Shown: piece after piece, positions 40,592 to 50,568 of the stretch
Layout: each line of letters begins with the position of its first letter
How positions within the stretch are numbered: the stretch's first letter is position 1
Assembly: GCA_013813355.1 (NCBI GenBank)
Contig: JACCRT010000046.1
Location: 1 to 51,403 of the forward strand
DNA length: 51,403 nucleotides
Source of the DNA: Acidobacteriota bacterium
Lineage (GTDB): Bacteria > Acidobacteriota > Vicinamibacteria > Vicinamibacterales > 2-12-FULL-66-21
Direction: 5' to 3'
The notes under the pieces: model-generated
Told to the model about the DNA's origin: nothing
Seen by the model: the letters and a program-made list of their open reading frames with translations, nothing else
Databases searched by the model: none
Made by a program: the position numbers and the translations under genes

Positions 40592-41325
40592 GCGCCGATG
40601 TCGCCGACGATCGCATGCTGCAGGGCGACGAGTTCCTTGATGCCCTCGTCGGCCAGCGCCAGCAGGTCGTCGAGCGCCTGGCGCTCGAAGGGAGGGCCTT
40701 CAGCCGTGCCCTGCACCTCGATGAATCGGCCGTCGCCGGTCTTGACCACGTTCATGTCCACGTCTGCCTTCGAGTCTTCGTCGTAGGCGAGATCCAGCAG
40801 CGGCGCGCCGGCTACGACACCCACGCTGATGGCGGCCACGTAGTCGAGCAGCGGCAGCGACTTGAGGCGGCCTGCCGCGCGAACCCGCTTCAGCGCGAGC
40901 GCGAGGGCCACGAAGCCGCCGGTAATCGCGGCTGTCCGCGTCCCGCCGTCGGCCTGGATGACGTCGCAGTCCACCCAGATGGTGCGCTCGCCGAGCGCGT
41001 CGAGCTTGGTCACGGAGCGCAGCGAGCGCCCGATCAGCCGCTGGATCTCCTGCGTGCGGCCGCCGACCTTGCCGGCCGACGCCTCGCGCTGCGTTCGGGT
41101 GGAGGTCGCGCGCGGCAGCATCCCGTACTCCGCCGTGACCCAACCCTTGCCGGTGTTGCGCAAGAACGAAGGAACGCGATCTTCGACGCTCGCCGTGCAG
41201 AGCACCCGGGTCAAGCCGGATTCGATGAGTACGGATCCTTCGGCGTGCATTGTGAAGTCCGGCGTCAGGCGGGTAGGCCTGAGTTGCGCAGGGCCGCGCC
41301 CGTCAGTGCGAGTCGGTATAGACAT
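40588..41325 (-). CDS. rph: Ribonuclease PH
   Basis: [33 protein letters not shown]. Confidence 0.97.
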   Translation of the reverse strand: MSIPTRTDGRGPAQLRPTRLTPDFTMHAEGSVLIESGLTRVLCTASVEDRVPSFLRNTGKGWVTAEYGMLPRATSTRTQREASAGKVGGRTQEIQRLIGRSLRSVTKLDALGERTIWVDCDVIQADGGTRTAAITGGFVALALALKRVRAAGRLKSLPLLDYVAAISVGVVAGAPLLDLAYDEDSKADVDMNVVKTGDGRFIEVQGTAEGPPFERQALDDLLALADEGIKELVALQHAIVGDIGA

Positions 41326-41340
41326 GTGTCAGCTTCAGCT

Positions 41341-41961
41341 TCAGAGTCCTGGAGGTCCGCGGTCAGGCTCGATTCCGGGTTCAGCCGTTTGCGCATCCTC
41401 CATCCATTTCAGACCTCTCCGCAGGGGGTTGCGCAGATCGACGTGTCCGGCCAGCGTGTCGACCTCCTGGCCTTCTACCAGGATCTGGACCCGCGTGATG
41501 GCCGGCAGGTTCACGGTCAGCGCGTTCACGATGGTATACACGGTAAACAGCTCGTCGAGGGACCCGCCACGGTGATTCGCCCGGGCATCCGCGCTGAGGT
41601 CGACGAAGGCGTCACCGCGCTCGCTGATGAACAGCGCGCGCAGCGTCGTCCCCTCGGGGATGGCGGTCGCGAGCGGTTCGGGGGCGCCCCTGAGCTGCGC
41701 TTCGATGATATGGCGAGCCTGTTCGGCAATTGGATCACCAAAAGGGACCTCGCGCGTCACGCCGACGAGCGACAGGCCGTCTTCCGACACGAAGTACAAC
41801 GTGGCGGTGATTCGCCGTTCGGCAGTGGCGGGGGCTTCCCCCGCGGCAACCCCGGTCTCCGGCTGCGGCGCGACGCGCCGCGGCAGCGCGACGAGCATCG
41901 CCCAGATGGCGGCCCCCACGACAATGATGACCAGCGCGATCAAGGCATTCCGGCGCGACAT
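41341..41961 (-). CDS. GerMN-domain membrane protein
   Basis: N-terminal TM; TLYF, AFVDLS, IVNALT, TLAGHVDL. Confidence 0.85.
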   Translation of the reverse strand: MSRRNALIALVIIVVGAAIWAMLVALPRRVAPQPETGVAAGEAPATAERRITATLYFVSEDGLSLVGVTREVPFGDPIAEQARHIIEAQLRGAPEPLATAIPEGTTLRALFISERGDAFVDLSADARANHRGGSLDELFTVYTIVNALTVNLPAITRVQILVEGQEVDTLAGHVDLRNPLRRGLKWMEDAQTAEPGIEPDRGPPGL

Positions 41962-43472
41962 CAGGGATTGGCTCCGGCGCGGGCATCGCCAAATCGGATG
42001 ACGCTGGCCACCAGGGCCTGGACGATTTCCACCTGGAAGGCCTCCGACGTCAGTTGCTGTTCCTGACCCTGGTTGGTGATGAACCCCATCTCGACGAGCA
42101 CCGCCGGCATGTTGGCGCCCACCAGCACGCGGAACGGCGCCGGCTGGAGGGCGCGAGGGCTCATCGGGACGCGCTCGCGCAGGGCCGCCTCGACCGCCTG
42201 CGCAAACCCGGCTGACTGCGGGATGTAGCGGACCTGCGCCATCTGCCAGGGGATGACTTCGATCTCGCGCGTCCCCCCTCCAAAAACCGGCAGTGCGGTC
42301 CGCTCGCCTCTCAGGCGCTCGGCCTCCTCCTGGTAGTCATCAATGCCGAGATAGAACACCTCCGCGCCGGAGGCCGACGGGCGCACGGACGCGTTGGCAT
42401 GCAGGCTGATGAACAGGTCCGCCTTGTTGTTGTTTGCCACGGCGGCACGCTCATCGAGCCCGACCGTGTCGTCACCGTCGCGCGTGAGGATCACCCGGAC
42501 GCCCAGACGAGCTTCGAGCGCGGCCTTGAGCCGCCGTGCCACTGCCAACGTCACCTGCTTTTCCAGCGTGCCGCCGGGTCCCCGCGCTCCACTCTCGGTT
42601 CCGCCGTGCCCCGGATCGATCACGACGGTCCGCAGCGTGCCGGGCGGCGCGAGGTCGAGCAGTGGCGGCGGCTCTGCGGGCGGGGGCGCCGGCGGCGCCG
42701 TCGTGTCGGGTGTGGTGATCGGGGCGAGCACGTCTATGACGAGCCGCCCGGCGCCACGGTCGCCCGGTACGTCGGTCGCGCGGAAGGAGGCGAACTGCGG
42801 GCCCAGGTCCACCGCGAGCGTCGCCGCCGCCTCACCGGGCCGCACCGCCTGGATCAGGTCGGGAGCCGTTGACGCGGGAAGCGCCGCATCGAGGCTGTCG
42901 GCTTGAAAGCGGATGACGAGGCGCTGACCTTCCTGTGTGACGGTGTGCGGAGTGGCAGGCGCCACATCAAAGGTCAGCCGCGCAGAGCCAGCGAGGGCCT
43001 CGATTCGACCGCCGATGCGAGGCACGCGGATGTCGCCCGTGAGGATCAGGCGCGAGGGCTTGCGCAGTTCGAGCGGGGTTCCGACCACTGGCGCGAGCGC
43101 CCGTGCGACGAAGTCTACCGGGACATACCACGTTCGTCCCTCCCGCACTGGTGGCGCAGGAAGGGAAACCAGGCGTCCCCCCACCGATGCCAGGCTCTGG
43201 CCGGGGGTCAGGACGATGGTCTGGTCGCGTGCCGTAACCGTCAGGCCCCCCGCCAGCGTGTCCTCGGCGACCGCAAGGTCGAAGAGCCGCGCAAGGTCGT
43301 CGAGTGCGAACATCTCCTGACCGGCGACCATTCGCGTCGCCAGCGGCCGCCGCCCGGCCTCGCGTGACAGCACGGTGTAGGGCGCCGCCGAGGTGGGCGC
43401 CTGCGCAGCGGGCGCACTGTCCAGCACGGCGAGCATGGCAGCCAGCACGGCCACCGCAAGATATCGAATCAT
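41961..43472 (-). CDS. N-acetylmuramoyl-L-alanine amidase (Amidase_3)
   Basis: IDPGHGG, EK, SLHAN, AVLVEMGF; signal peptide. Confidence 0.92.
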   Translation of the reverse strand: MIRYLAVAVLAAMLAVLDSAPAAQAPTSAAPYTVLSREAGRRPLATRMVAGQEMFALDDLARLFDLAVAEDTLAGGLTVTARDQTIVLTPGQSLASVGGRLVSLPAPPVREGRTWYVPVDFVARALAPVVGTPLELRKPSRLILTGDIRVPRIGGRIEALAGSARLTFDVAPATPHTVTQEGQRLVIRFQADSLDAALPASTAPDLIQAVRPGEAAATLAVDLGPQFASFRATDVPGDRGAGRLVIDVLAPITTPDTTAPPAPPPAEPPPLLDLAPPGTLRTVVIDPGHGGTESGARGPGGTLEKQVTLAVARRLKAALEARLGVRVILTRDGDDTVGLDERAAVANNNKADLFISLHANASVRPSASGAEVFYLGIDDYQEEAERLRGERTALPVFGGGTREIEVIPWQMAQVRYIPQSAGFAQAVEAALRERVPMSPRALQPAPFRVLVGANMPAVLVEMGFITNQGQEQQLTSEAFQVEIVQALVASVIRFGDARAGANP

Positions 43473-43556
43473 TGAGTCTGCTCATGATACCCCGTAGGGT
43501 CACTGGCCCCGTGCACGCCGTGGCCGAGGAAGGCGTGTCATCCCTGCAAGCCGCGG

Positions 43557-44663
43557 CTAGAACGTCGCCACCAGCGCAGCCGAGAGCACGGTATCGGTGG
43601 CCCGGAAGCCCGGTACGGGACGGTTGCTCCGTTTCAGCTCGTGGCGCAGCTTGAACGAGAGCAGCCGTGTCATGGTGAGCGTGAGGGTCAGCCCATTCTG
43701 GAAGCGCCAGTTCGGGGCGTCCCCAAGGTCGGCCGTGACGAGCAGCTGTTCGGTGAGGTCACTTGTGCGTGAGAACCGCCAGCGGTAGAGCGCCCCCACC
43801 GTGCCGACCGCGAAGGTCAGGTTGTCGGCAGCCAGGCGCGCTTCATGCGTCACGCCGACGCCGGCGTCCAGCCTCAACGAATGAGGCGCCTCGTCGATCG
43901 CGAGCCAGCCCAGGCCGGTGTCGACGGTCGTGCGGTGATCGATGCCCGAGAAGCGATCCGAGAGGTACGCCGCGCGCGCATAGACATCGGCGCGCGCCGA
44001 CAACGCACGCGATTGCCGGAGATCGGCCAGCAGCGACTCGGCAGTGTCGAGCCCGTCGGTCGCGCTCCTGACGTAGGCCACGCGCGTTCGCGTCACCCAC
44101 TCGCCGGGCCGCCAGACGACCGACCCGCCGACGCCGAGCGTCTGGGTGTCGGTGTTGCCGCCGGTGGCCACCAGGGACAGTTCCGCGGTCCGTTCCCACC
44201 GCGGGGGCGGCGGATCCGTTTTCGCAAACTGCTGCGCGACGGCGTCGCCCGCCGGTCCCGAATGCCGCAGCGCGAGCCGCCAGCCGTCCGCCTGGCGGAC
44301 CCAGACATCGGTCAGCAGGCTCCGGATGATCGCCGGTTCGCAGGTCGCCGGATCCTCGGAGGTCGTGAGCACGAGCGACACGATGGCCGTGTCGCCGGCC
44401 TGACCGCGGACCGCGAAGTCCGAGATCTCGTATTGCGACCCCCAGCACAGTGCCACGGCATTCCTGATCCAGGTGTCGCGACCGACGTCCGGCGCGCCGC
44501 GCAGCACGAACTCCGGCGCGAGCAGGCGTTCGAAGACGTCGCGGTCCTTCTTCGTGAGCGCTGCGGCGAGCCGTTCTTCGGCGGTGCGGAGGTCGACTTC
44601 GGGTGTCTGCGCAGCGGCCGTCAACGGGAGCAGGAGCAGGGCGACGACGATCAGTAGGGGCAT
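43557..44663 (-). CDS. DUF4440 (NTF2-like) fused to a DUF481 outer-membrane barrel
   Basis: Signal peptide; LLAPEF..TDVWVRQADGW; then GGNTDT beta-strand pattern ending in Phe. Confidence 0.7.
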   Translation of the reverse strand: MPLLIVVALLLLPLTAAAQTPEVDLRTAEERLAAALTKKDRDVFERLLAPEFVLRGAPDVGRDTWIRNAVALCWGSQYEISDFAVRGQAGDTAIVSLVLTTSEDPATCEPAIIRSLLTDVWVRQADGWRLALRHSGPAGDAVAQQFAKTDPPPPRWERTAELSLVATGGNTDTQTLGVGGSVVWRPGEWVTRTRVAYVRSATDGLDTAESLLADLRQSRALSARADVYARAAYLSDRFSGIDHRTTVDTGLGWLAIDEAPHSLRLDAGVGVTHEARLAADNLTFAVGTVGALYRWRFSRTSDLTEQLLVTADLGDAPNWRFQNGLTLTLTMTRLLSFKLRHELKRSNRPVPGFRATDTVLSAALVATF

Positions 44664-44743
44664 TCGCGAGGTTTCTCCACGCACCAATGGAAGCACGAGC
44701 TGCCAGTACAGCCAGCAGGCCATCGAGCGGGCGCGGCTCGACG

Positions 44744-45169
44744 TCACCCGGTTAGCACGCGGAAGCCTTCAAGCTGCGCCGCGCGGGCGAGGGTGCGATC
44801 GAGGGTGACGAAGGGCAGTGTTTCGGCGCGATCCCCGGCGGCGAGCAGGGCGGCGCCGAGCTGCATCGCGTCGGCGGCGCTCAGCGGGTGGACGCCGACG
44901 AGCCGTTCGGCGCGTCGCTTGACGCCGTCGGCGTGCGTGACGGTCGCCCAGTGGCGGAAGAGGTCCATCGCGTCGAGGCGCACGCCGGGCAGCAGGTCGG
45001 CCAGTGCGGGCGTCTGCCGCCCGAGCCGCCCGAGGACGGACAGAAGCTCGACGCTGCTCAGCATCCAGACAATGGCGTCCGGGTCGGCGGCCATCATCTG
45101 TCGCATCGCGGCCGTCGAGGGCTCGTCGATCACGAGCGGCGCGAGGGCCGAGGTATCCCAGAACTTCAC
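44744..45169 (-). CDS. vapC: VapC PIN-domain toxin
   Basis: FWDTSAL, E, LSAADAMQL, VTLD; GTGA overlap with the antitoxin. Confidence 0.88.
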   Translation of the reverse strand: MKFWDTSALAPLVIDEPSTAAMRQMMAADPDAIVWMLSSVELLSVLGRLGRQTPALADLLPGVRLDAMDLFRHWATVTHADGVKRRAERLVGVHPLSAADAMQLGAALLAAGDRAETLPFVTLDRTLARAAQLEGFRVLTG

Positions 45170-45492
45170 CGCGTGCTCTCGCGCCGCAAGTCGATTAGCG
45201 CCTCGACCGCGCCGCGGGCGCCCTTGGGCAGCCGCAGCGGCTCGTGCGATGCCAGCCATCGGCCGGCCGCCGGCGAATCCCCGAGCGTCAAGATCCCCTG
45301 CCGCGCCAGATCCGCCATCCGGTCGGCGACAGCCGGGTCGGTGGCCTCGTCTGCCGGTCCCGCCGGGTTGAAGGGGATGATCCGGGCCACGGGGGTGTCG
45401 CGGTCCAGCACGGTGATTTGACCCCCCTGTTTCACGTGCGCCAAGTGCCGCGACAGGTTGTTCTTGAGGTCGGCGATCTTGATTAATGCCAT
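45166..45492 (-). CDS. Phd/YefM-family antitoxin
   Basis: IADLKNNLSRHL..VKQG..ITVLDRDTPVARI. Confidence 0.88.
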   Translation of the reverse strand: MALIKIADLKNNLSRHLAHVKQGGQITVLDRDTPVARIIPFNPAGPADEATDPAVADRMADLARQGILTLGDSPAAGRWLASHEPLRLPKGARGAVEALIDLRRESTR

Positions 45493-45493
45493 G

Positions 45494-45528
45494 TGGCTAT
45501 GTTAGCCATACAGACGTGACCCTGTCAA
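45494..45528 (-). promoter_or_regulatory. Sigma70 promoter with palindromic operator for the TA operon (likely leaderless)
   Basis: Minus TTGACA (45528-45523) N18 TAACAT (45504-45499); TGGCTA-tgt-TAGCCA at 45494-45508. Confidence 0.65.
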
Positions 45529-45654
45529 GGTGACGTAATGCGCCATGTAAGCGCTAACGAGTCGCCGCTCACGGCCAGGATCCGGGACTAGCCGCTGAGC
45601 TGACTCGCGCGCCGGTCTGGATCGCACAATCGCCTATAATCAGCTCCCTCTTTC

Positions 45655-45849
45655 ATGCCGCGCACGTCCATGCCGTTCCTGCCTCGTGGCAACGTCGCCG
45701 AGGCGTACCGCTGGCTGGACATCGCCGTCCAGGAGAAAGCGTCAGGGCTGATCCTGCTGAGTGTGCACCCGCGGCTGGATCCGAGTCGCGCGGACCCGCG
45801 CTACTGGCCGCTCGTGCGCCGCGTGGGTCTCGAGGACGGCGGCTCGTGA
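45655..45849 (+). pseudogene. C-terminal remnant of a TPR-tailed kinase/cyclase/wHTH protein
   Basis: AYRWLDIAVQEK..LSVHPRLDPSRADPRY..LVRRVGL resembles the common DPLRxDPRF..LLRRxGL tail. Confidence 0.6.
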
Positions 45850-46580
45850 AGCCCCTCGCGCGCCTCGGCGACGCCCGCGCGCCGGACGGGACCCAGCTTA
45901 CGTTCACGAAGCGTGACGACGAGTTCATGATCCTCGCGAGCGGCATGCCGCTGATGACGAGCCGGATGCACGGGTCGGAGCAGGCGCTCGCGACGCTGGG
46001 CTGCCGGGAGATTCCGGCGCACGGGGCACGCGTGCTCGTCGGCGGCCTCGGCATGGGCTTCACGCTCCGCGTCGCGCTCGACCTGCTGCCCCCTGACGGC
46101 GTCGTCGTCGTCGCCGAGCTCGTTCCCGCTGTTGTCGAGTGGAACCGCGGACCGCTGGGGCCGCTCGCCGGTCATCCGCTGAACGATCCGCGCGTCCGCC
46201 TCGACGTCCGCGATGTACGCGAAACGCTGGCGGCCCGTGACGCAACCTTCGACGCCATCCTGCTGGACGTCGACAACAGTCCCGACGCGTTCACCGTGCG
46301 GAGCAACCAGTCAATTTATCGTGAGGCCGGACTCGCGGCGATCCACGCGGCGCTGCGACCCGGGGGCATGCTGGCCATGTGGTCCGATTCAGAGGACAAG
46401 TGGTTCGAAACGCGCCTCAGGCGCGCGGGATTCGTCGTGACAGCGGAGCGCGTGCGGGGACGGCTGGCCGGGAAAGGCCCGCACCACACGATCTTTCTGG
46501 CGCGTGCGACCGCCGCGCTGTCAGGCGGGCGGCAGGGAGGCGATCGCGCGTCGAGCCGGAGGGCCACGGGCGGGCAGTAG
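45846..46580 (+). CDS. Spermidine-synthase-like SAM-dependent methyltransferase
   Basis: HGSE..LA, VLVGGLGMGFT, FDAILLDVDN. Confidence 0.8.
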   Translation: MKPLARLGDARAPDGTQLTFTKRDDEFMILASGMPLMTSRMHGSEQALATLGCREIPAHGARVLVGGLGMGFTLRVALDLLPPDGVVVVAELVPAVVEWNRGPLGPLAGHPLNDPRVRLDVRDVRETLAARDATFDAILLDVDNSPDAFTVRSNQSIYREAGLAAIHAALRPGGMLAMWSDSEDKWFETRLRRAGFVVTAERVRGRLAGKGPHHTIFLARATAALSGGRQGGDRASSRRATGGQ

Positions 46581-46632
46581 TGCTGCTTCAGAGAATGCCG
46601 TCTCGACCCGGATTGCGATAGCAGGGGCTGTC

Positions 46633-46850
46633 ATGGCGAGCGAGCGTCCTCAGCCATCTCCGGACGCCCACGTACTCGACGTGCTTCGAGGCGGGGGAGA
46701 GATGGGTGCGCTCGCGCGGACGGTGGACTGGAGCCGAACGCCGGTCGGACCTGTCGAGCGATGGCCGCAGAGCCTGCGCACCGCGCTCAGCATCCTGCTC
46801 GAATCGAAATTTCCAATGCTCCGGTGCTGGGGGCCGGAGTTCACCCGTTC
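46633..46850 (+). pseudogene. N-terminal remnant of a PAS/GAF sensor kinase
   Basis: GGGEMGAL..DWSRTPVGPVERWPQSLRTAL..FPM..WGPE; resemblance ends beside the PemK gene. Confidence 0.7.
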
Positions 46851-46873
46851 GCCCGCTGATCGCAGACGCTGGA

Positions 46874-47209
46874 TCATCCGAGGATCTCATTCAGGCCATC
46901 GAGCACGCGAGACAGTTCCTCTTCCGAGGCTCGTGCGATCCGTTGACGGATGCGATCGACAGAGAGGGTGCGAATCTGACTGATCTTGATCCAGGATCGC
47001 TTCGTGAGACCGGCGGCCTTACTCTCCAGCGTCAGAGGAAAGCCGGCCCGCGGTTCCTGGCTGGTCAGGGCCACTCCGATGATCGTGCCGGAGCGCTCGT
47101 TGAAGACATCATGGCTGAGGATCAGGACCGGGCGCCGGCCCGCCTGCTCGTGGCCACGAACGGGGTTCAACTCCGCCCAGCGAATCTCCCCTCTCAGTAT
47201 TCGGGCCAT
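46874..47209 (-). CDS. mazF: PemK/MazF endoribonuclease toxin
   Basis: RGEIRW..PVRGHEQAGRRPVLILS, QIRTLS..RI. Confidence 0.92.
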   Translation of the reverse strand: MARILRGEIRWAELNPVRGHEQAGRRPVLILSHDVFNERSGTIIGVALTSQEPRAGFPLTLESKAAGLTKRSWIKISQIRTLSVDRIRQRIARASEEELSRVLDGLNEILG

Positions 47210-47436
47210 GCCGCCAGGTCCTCGGCCAGCCCCTCATCGGCCAGGCGTTTCTCCTCGCGTGGATTCAGCCTGGCGGATTCGGTGGCCAGCCGCGTGCGGG
47301 CCAGGCGCCGCAGCTTGTCCGCCAATGCTGCTTCCACGGCCTGGCTGCGGTTGCGAAACCGGCGCCGTTCCACCAGTTCATCCACCTGTTCGATGAGGTC
47401 GGCGTCGAGGGTCAGGGCGACTTTGGTCTTGGGCAT
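47194..47436 (-). CDS. Ribbon-helix-helix (CopG-like) antitoxin
   Basis: MPKTKVALTLD..NRSQAVE; overlaps the toxin start. Confidence 0.85.
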   Translation of the reverse strand: MPKTKVALTLDADLIEQVDELVERRRFRNRSQAVEAALADKLRRLARTRLATESARLNPREEKRLADEGLAEDLAAWPEY

Positions 47437-47452
47437 GGCAGTAGGACGATTC

Positions 47453-47481
47453 ATCATACTCCCGGCGACGCGGGCTGACAA
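47453..47481 (-). promoter_or_regulatory. Sigma70 promoter for the RHH-PemK pair
   Basis: Minus TTGTCA N17 TATGAT; imperfect palindrome GTAGGACG-att-CATCATAC over the -10 region. Confidence 0.55.
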
Positions 47482-47612
47482 GCGTTTGCAGCCGGCGGAC
47501 GGATCTACTGGCAGCAGCTGCCGTTGTTTGGATCCGTCGCCATCCAGTGATCGCGGGCACGTTGACGACGCTTCCCATGACCCTGACAAACAACTTATAG
47601 TCGCGTGGGAGG

Positions 47613-48590
47613 ATGTCGATGACTCGCACGCCGCCGCACCGGCTGTCACTCTGTGCCGGCGCCCTGCTGGTGCTCTTCGCCGGCTGCGGTGCCCCCGCGG
47701 ACCGGACCTACCTGACCATCGCCACGGCCGGGACCGGCGGCGTCTACTACCCGCTCGGCGGCGCGCTCGCGCAGATCTACAGCGCGCGGCTCCCCGGGGT
47801 GATCGCCTCGGCGCAGTCCACGGTCGGATCGGTCTTCAACGTCCAGGCCGTCCAGCGGGGGCGCGCCGACCTGGCCTTCACCATGGGGGACATCGCCTGG
47901 TTCGCGTACGAGCAGGGTACTGACTCGGACCCGACGCCCCATCGGAAGCTCCGCGCGCTGGCCGTGCTCTACCGGAACACGGTACAAATCGTCGCGCGGC
48001 GTGATGGCCCGCTCAGAACCATCGCCGACCTCCGCGGCCAGCGCGTGGGCGTCGGCGCCCCCGGCAGCGGGACCGAGGTGTCGGCGCGCGTGGTCATCGA
48101 GGCGCACGGGCTGAGCTACGCCGATGTCACCCCGGACTACCTCTCATTCGCCGAGGTCGCCGCGCAGATGCAGGACCGCACGCTCGACGCGGGGGTCGTC
48201 GCCGCCAGCTATCCGGTGTCGGCCATCACCGACGCGAGCATGACGGTCGGCATCCGGCTCCTCCCTGTCAGCGACGAGGCCATGGCCCATATCAGCGCGC
48301 AGTACCCGTTCTTCAAGCGCGTCACGATTCCGGCGGGCACCTACAGCGGCCAGGATGTGGACGTGCCCAGCGTCAGCGTCGAGAACCTGCTCGTCGTCAG
48401 CGAGGATCTCGACGAGCAGCTCGCGTACGACCTGACGCGGCTGTTCTTCGAGTCGCTCGACGACCTCGCGCGCACGCACGTCGCGGCGAAGGAGATCGAC
48501 CTCGCCGACGCCTCGACCGCGCCGATTCCCATGCACCCGGGTGCCGCCAGGTACTACCGGGAGCGCGGCGTCCTGCCCGCCGTCCCATGA
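47613..48590 (+). CDS. TAXI-family TRAP solute-binding lipoprotein
   Basis: FAGC lipobox; TAGTGGVYYP, STVGSVFN, GAPGSGT, HPGAARYY. Confidence 0.92.
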   Translation: MSMTRTPPHRLSLCAGALLVLFAGCGAPADRTYLTIATAGTGGVYYPLGGALAQIYSARLPGVIASAQSTVGSVFNVQAVQRGRADLAFTMGDIAWFAYEQGTDSDPTPHRKLRALAVLYRNTVQIVARRDGPLRTIADLRGQRVGVGAPGSGTEVSARVVIEAHGLSYADVTPDYLSFAEVAAQMQDRTLDAGVVAASYPVSAITDASMTVGIRLLPVSDEAMAHISAQYPFFKRVTIPAGTYSGQDVDVPSVSVENLLVVSEDLDEQLAYDLTRLFFESLDDLARTHVAAKEIDLADASTAPIPMHPGAARYYRERGVLPAVP

Positions 48591-50512
48591 TCGCGGCGCT
48601 CCGGCGTCTCGCGACGCTGCTCGCGATTGCCCTCGGCATCTATCATCTCTACACCGCGGTTTTCGGCGCCCCGGTCGCGCTCGTTCATCGTGCCGTCCAC
48701 CTGGGCGGCATGACGCTGCTGGCGTACCTGATTCTCGCGTCCGCCGAGCGCCGCTCGACCGCCGGACGGATCGCGTATCTCGGGCTCGGTCTGCTCGGTG
48801 CCGCGGCGTCGCTGTACCTGGTGGTGTCGTTTCGCGACCTCATCACCCGGGTGGGGTCCCCTTCGCCCCTCGACCTGACGATGGCGGCCATTGCGGTCCT
48901 CGTCGTCATGGACCTTGCGCGACAGCTCCATGGATGGGCGCTGACGCTCACGACGACGGCCTTCATCGTGTACGGCCTGGCCGGCCCCTGGATGCCCGGC
49001 TTCATGGGCCACCGCGGCTACGCGGTTCCCGAGACGCTCGAGTTCATCTACACCACGACCGAAGGCCTCTTCGGCGTGCCGCTGCAGGTGTCGGCCACTT
49101 ACCTCGCGGTCTTCATTCTGTTTGCCGCCTTCCTCGAGCGCTCCGGCATCATCGGCCTCTTTCACGACCTGGCGTTCGCCATCGCGGGCCGGTCGGCCGG
49201 CGGCGTGGCCAAGGTGGCGGTCGTATCGAGCGCGCTGATGGGGACGGTGAACGGGAGCGGCCTCGCCAACGTAACGACGACCGGCGCGGTGACGATCCCG
49301 CTGATGAAGAGGAGCGGCTTCTCGCCGCACTACGCGGCCGCGGTGGAAGCCACGGCCTCGATGGGCGGGCAGATCATGCCGCCGGTCATGGGCGTGGCCG
49401 CCTTCCTCATGGCCGAGCGGCTCGGGGTACCCTATGCGCGCATCGCGCTCGCCGCGATCGTGCCGGCGCTCCTCTACTTTTTCGCGACGGGTGTGCAGAT
49501 CCACCTGCACGCCAGACGCCTCGGGCTGGCACCCCCGCCCGAGGCCAAGGCGCGGCTCCTGGGAGACGTCCTCTGTCGGGACGGCTACCTGCTGCTGCCG
49601 GTGCTGGTGCTCTTCGCCGTGATGCTGCAGGGCTACTCGCCGGTCTACGCCGCCGTCGGGAGCATTGCCGCCAGCCTGCTGCTCTCGTGGGCCGCCTCAC
49701 TGGTCCTCGCGCTCCGGACGCCCGGCGGCGGCGCGGCGCGTGCCGCGGCGTTTCTTGGCGCCGCCGGCGCCCGCGGCGCCACGCTCACCGGCATCCTGGG
49801 ATCGCTCGACGCCGGCATGCGCCGCACCGTGAGCGTCGCGTCGGCCTGCGCCGTCGTCGGCATCATCATCGGGATCGTGACGCTCACCGGCGCCGGGCTG
49901 AAGCTGTCGAGCGCCATCATCATGGCCGCCGGCGAGCGCCTGCCAGCCACGCTGGTCCTGACGATGTTCGCGTGTTTCCTCCTCGGGATGGGCTTGCCGA
50001 CGATCCCGACCTACATCATCACGTCGACCATGGCAGCGCCGGCACTGCTGAAGCTCGGCGTGGACCCGCTGGCGGCGGATTTCTTCGTGATGTACTTCGG
50101 GGTGCTGGCCAACCTCACGCCGCCCGTAGCGCTGGCGGCCTACGCGGCGGCCGGGATCGCGGGCGCGCATCCGATGCGCACGTGCCTGCAGGCCATCCGG
50201 CTGTCGGTCGCGGGCTTCCTCGTGCCGTACATCTTCGTCTACTCCCCCATCATGCTGGGCGTCGGCTTCGAGCCGTGGGCGATGCTCGGCGTGGTGGTCA
50301 CGGCCGCGGCCGGCGTCTTCGCCCTGGGCGCGGCGATGGAGGGTTACCTGTTCCGTGAGACCGCCTGGCACGAGCGCGTCCTGCTGCTTGCTGCGGCGCT
50401 CGTGCTGATCGTGCCGGGCCTCGTGACCGACACCATCGGCGCGGTGCTGTTCGCCATTACGGTGGTGTCGCAGAAAATGTATCGCGTGGGGATCGAACCC
50501 AGGACGCCGTGA
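48587..50512 (+). CDS. TRAP fused 4TM/12TM permease
   Basis: AKVAVVSSAL, GGQIMPPVMG, LGMGLPT, LTPPVALAAY. Confidence 0.92.
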   Translation: MIAALRRLATLLAIALGIYHLYTAVFGAPVALVHRAVHLGGMTLLAYLILASAERRSTAGRIAYLGLGLLGAAASLYLVVSFRDLITRVGSPSPLDLTMAAIAVLVVMDLARQLHGWALTLTTTAFIVYGLAGPWMPGFMGHRGYAVPETLEFIYTTTEGLFGVPLQVSATYLAVFILFAAFLERSGIIGLFHDLAFAIAGRSAGGVAKVAVVSSALMGTVNGSGLANVTTTGAVTIPLMKRSGFSPHYAAAVEATASMGGQIMPPVMGVAAFLMAERLGVPYARIALAAIVPALLYFFATGVQIHLHARRLGLAPPPEAKARLLGDVLCRDGYLLLPVLVLFAVMLQGYSPVYAAVGSIAASLLLSWAASLVLALRTPGGGAARAAAFLGAAGARGATLTGILGSLDAGMRRTVSVASACAVVGIIIGIVTLTGAGLKLSSAIIMAAGERLPATLVLTMFACFLLGMGLPTIPTYIITSTMAAPALLKLGVDPLAADFFVMYFGVLANLTPPVALAAYAAAGIAGAHPMRTCLQAIRLSVAGFLVPYIFVYSPIMLGVGFEPWAMLGVVVTAAAGVFALGAAMEGYLFRETAWHERVLLLAAALVLIVPGLVTDTIGAVLFAITVVSQKMYRVGIEPRTP

Positions 50513-50568
50513 GAAAAGTCAGGTGCTCTACCCGGTAGGCGGTAGTTCGACCCGCTGATCCCACCTCG

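Noticed and set aside
50476-50545. Functional tRNA-Lys or tRNA-Sec
   Set aside because: No acceptor-stem pairing, mismatched stems, 6 nt anticodon loop and no TCA anticodon
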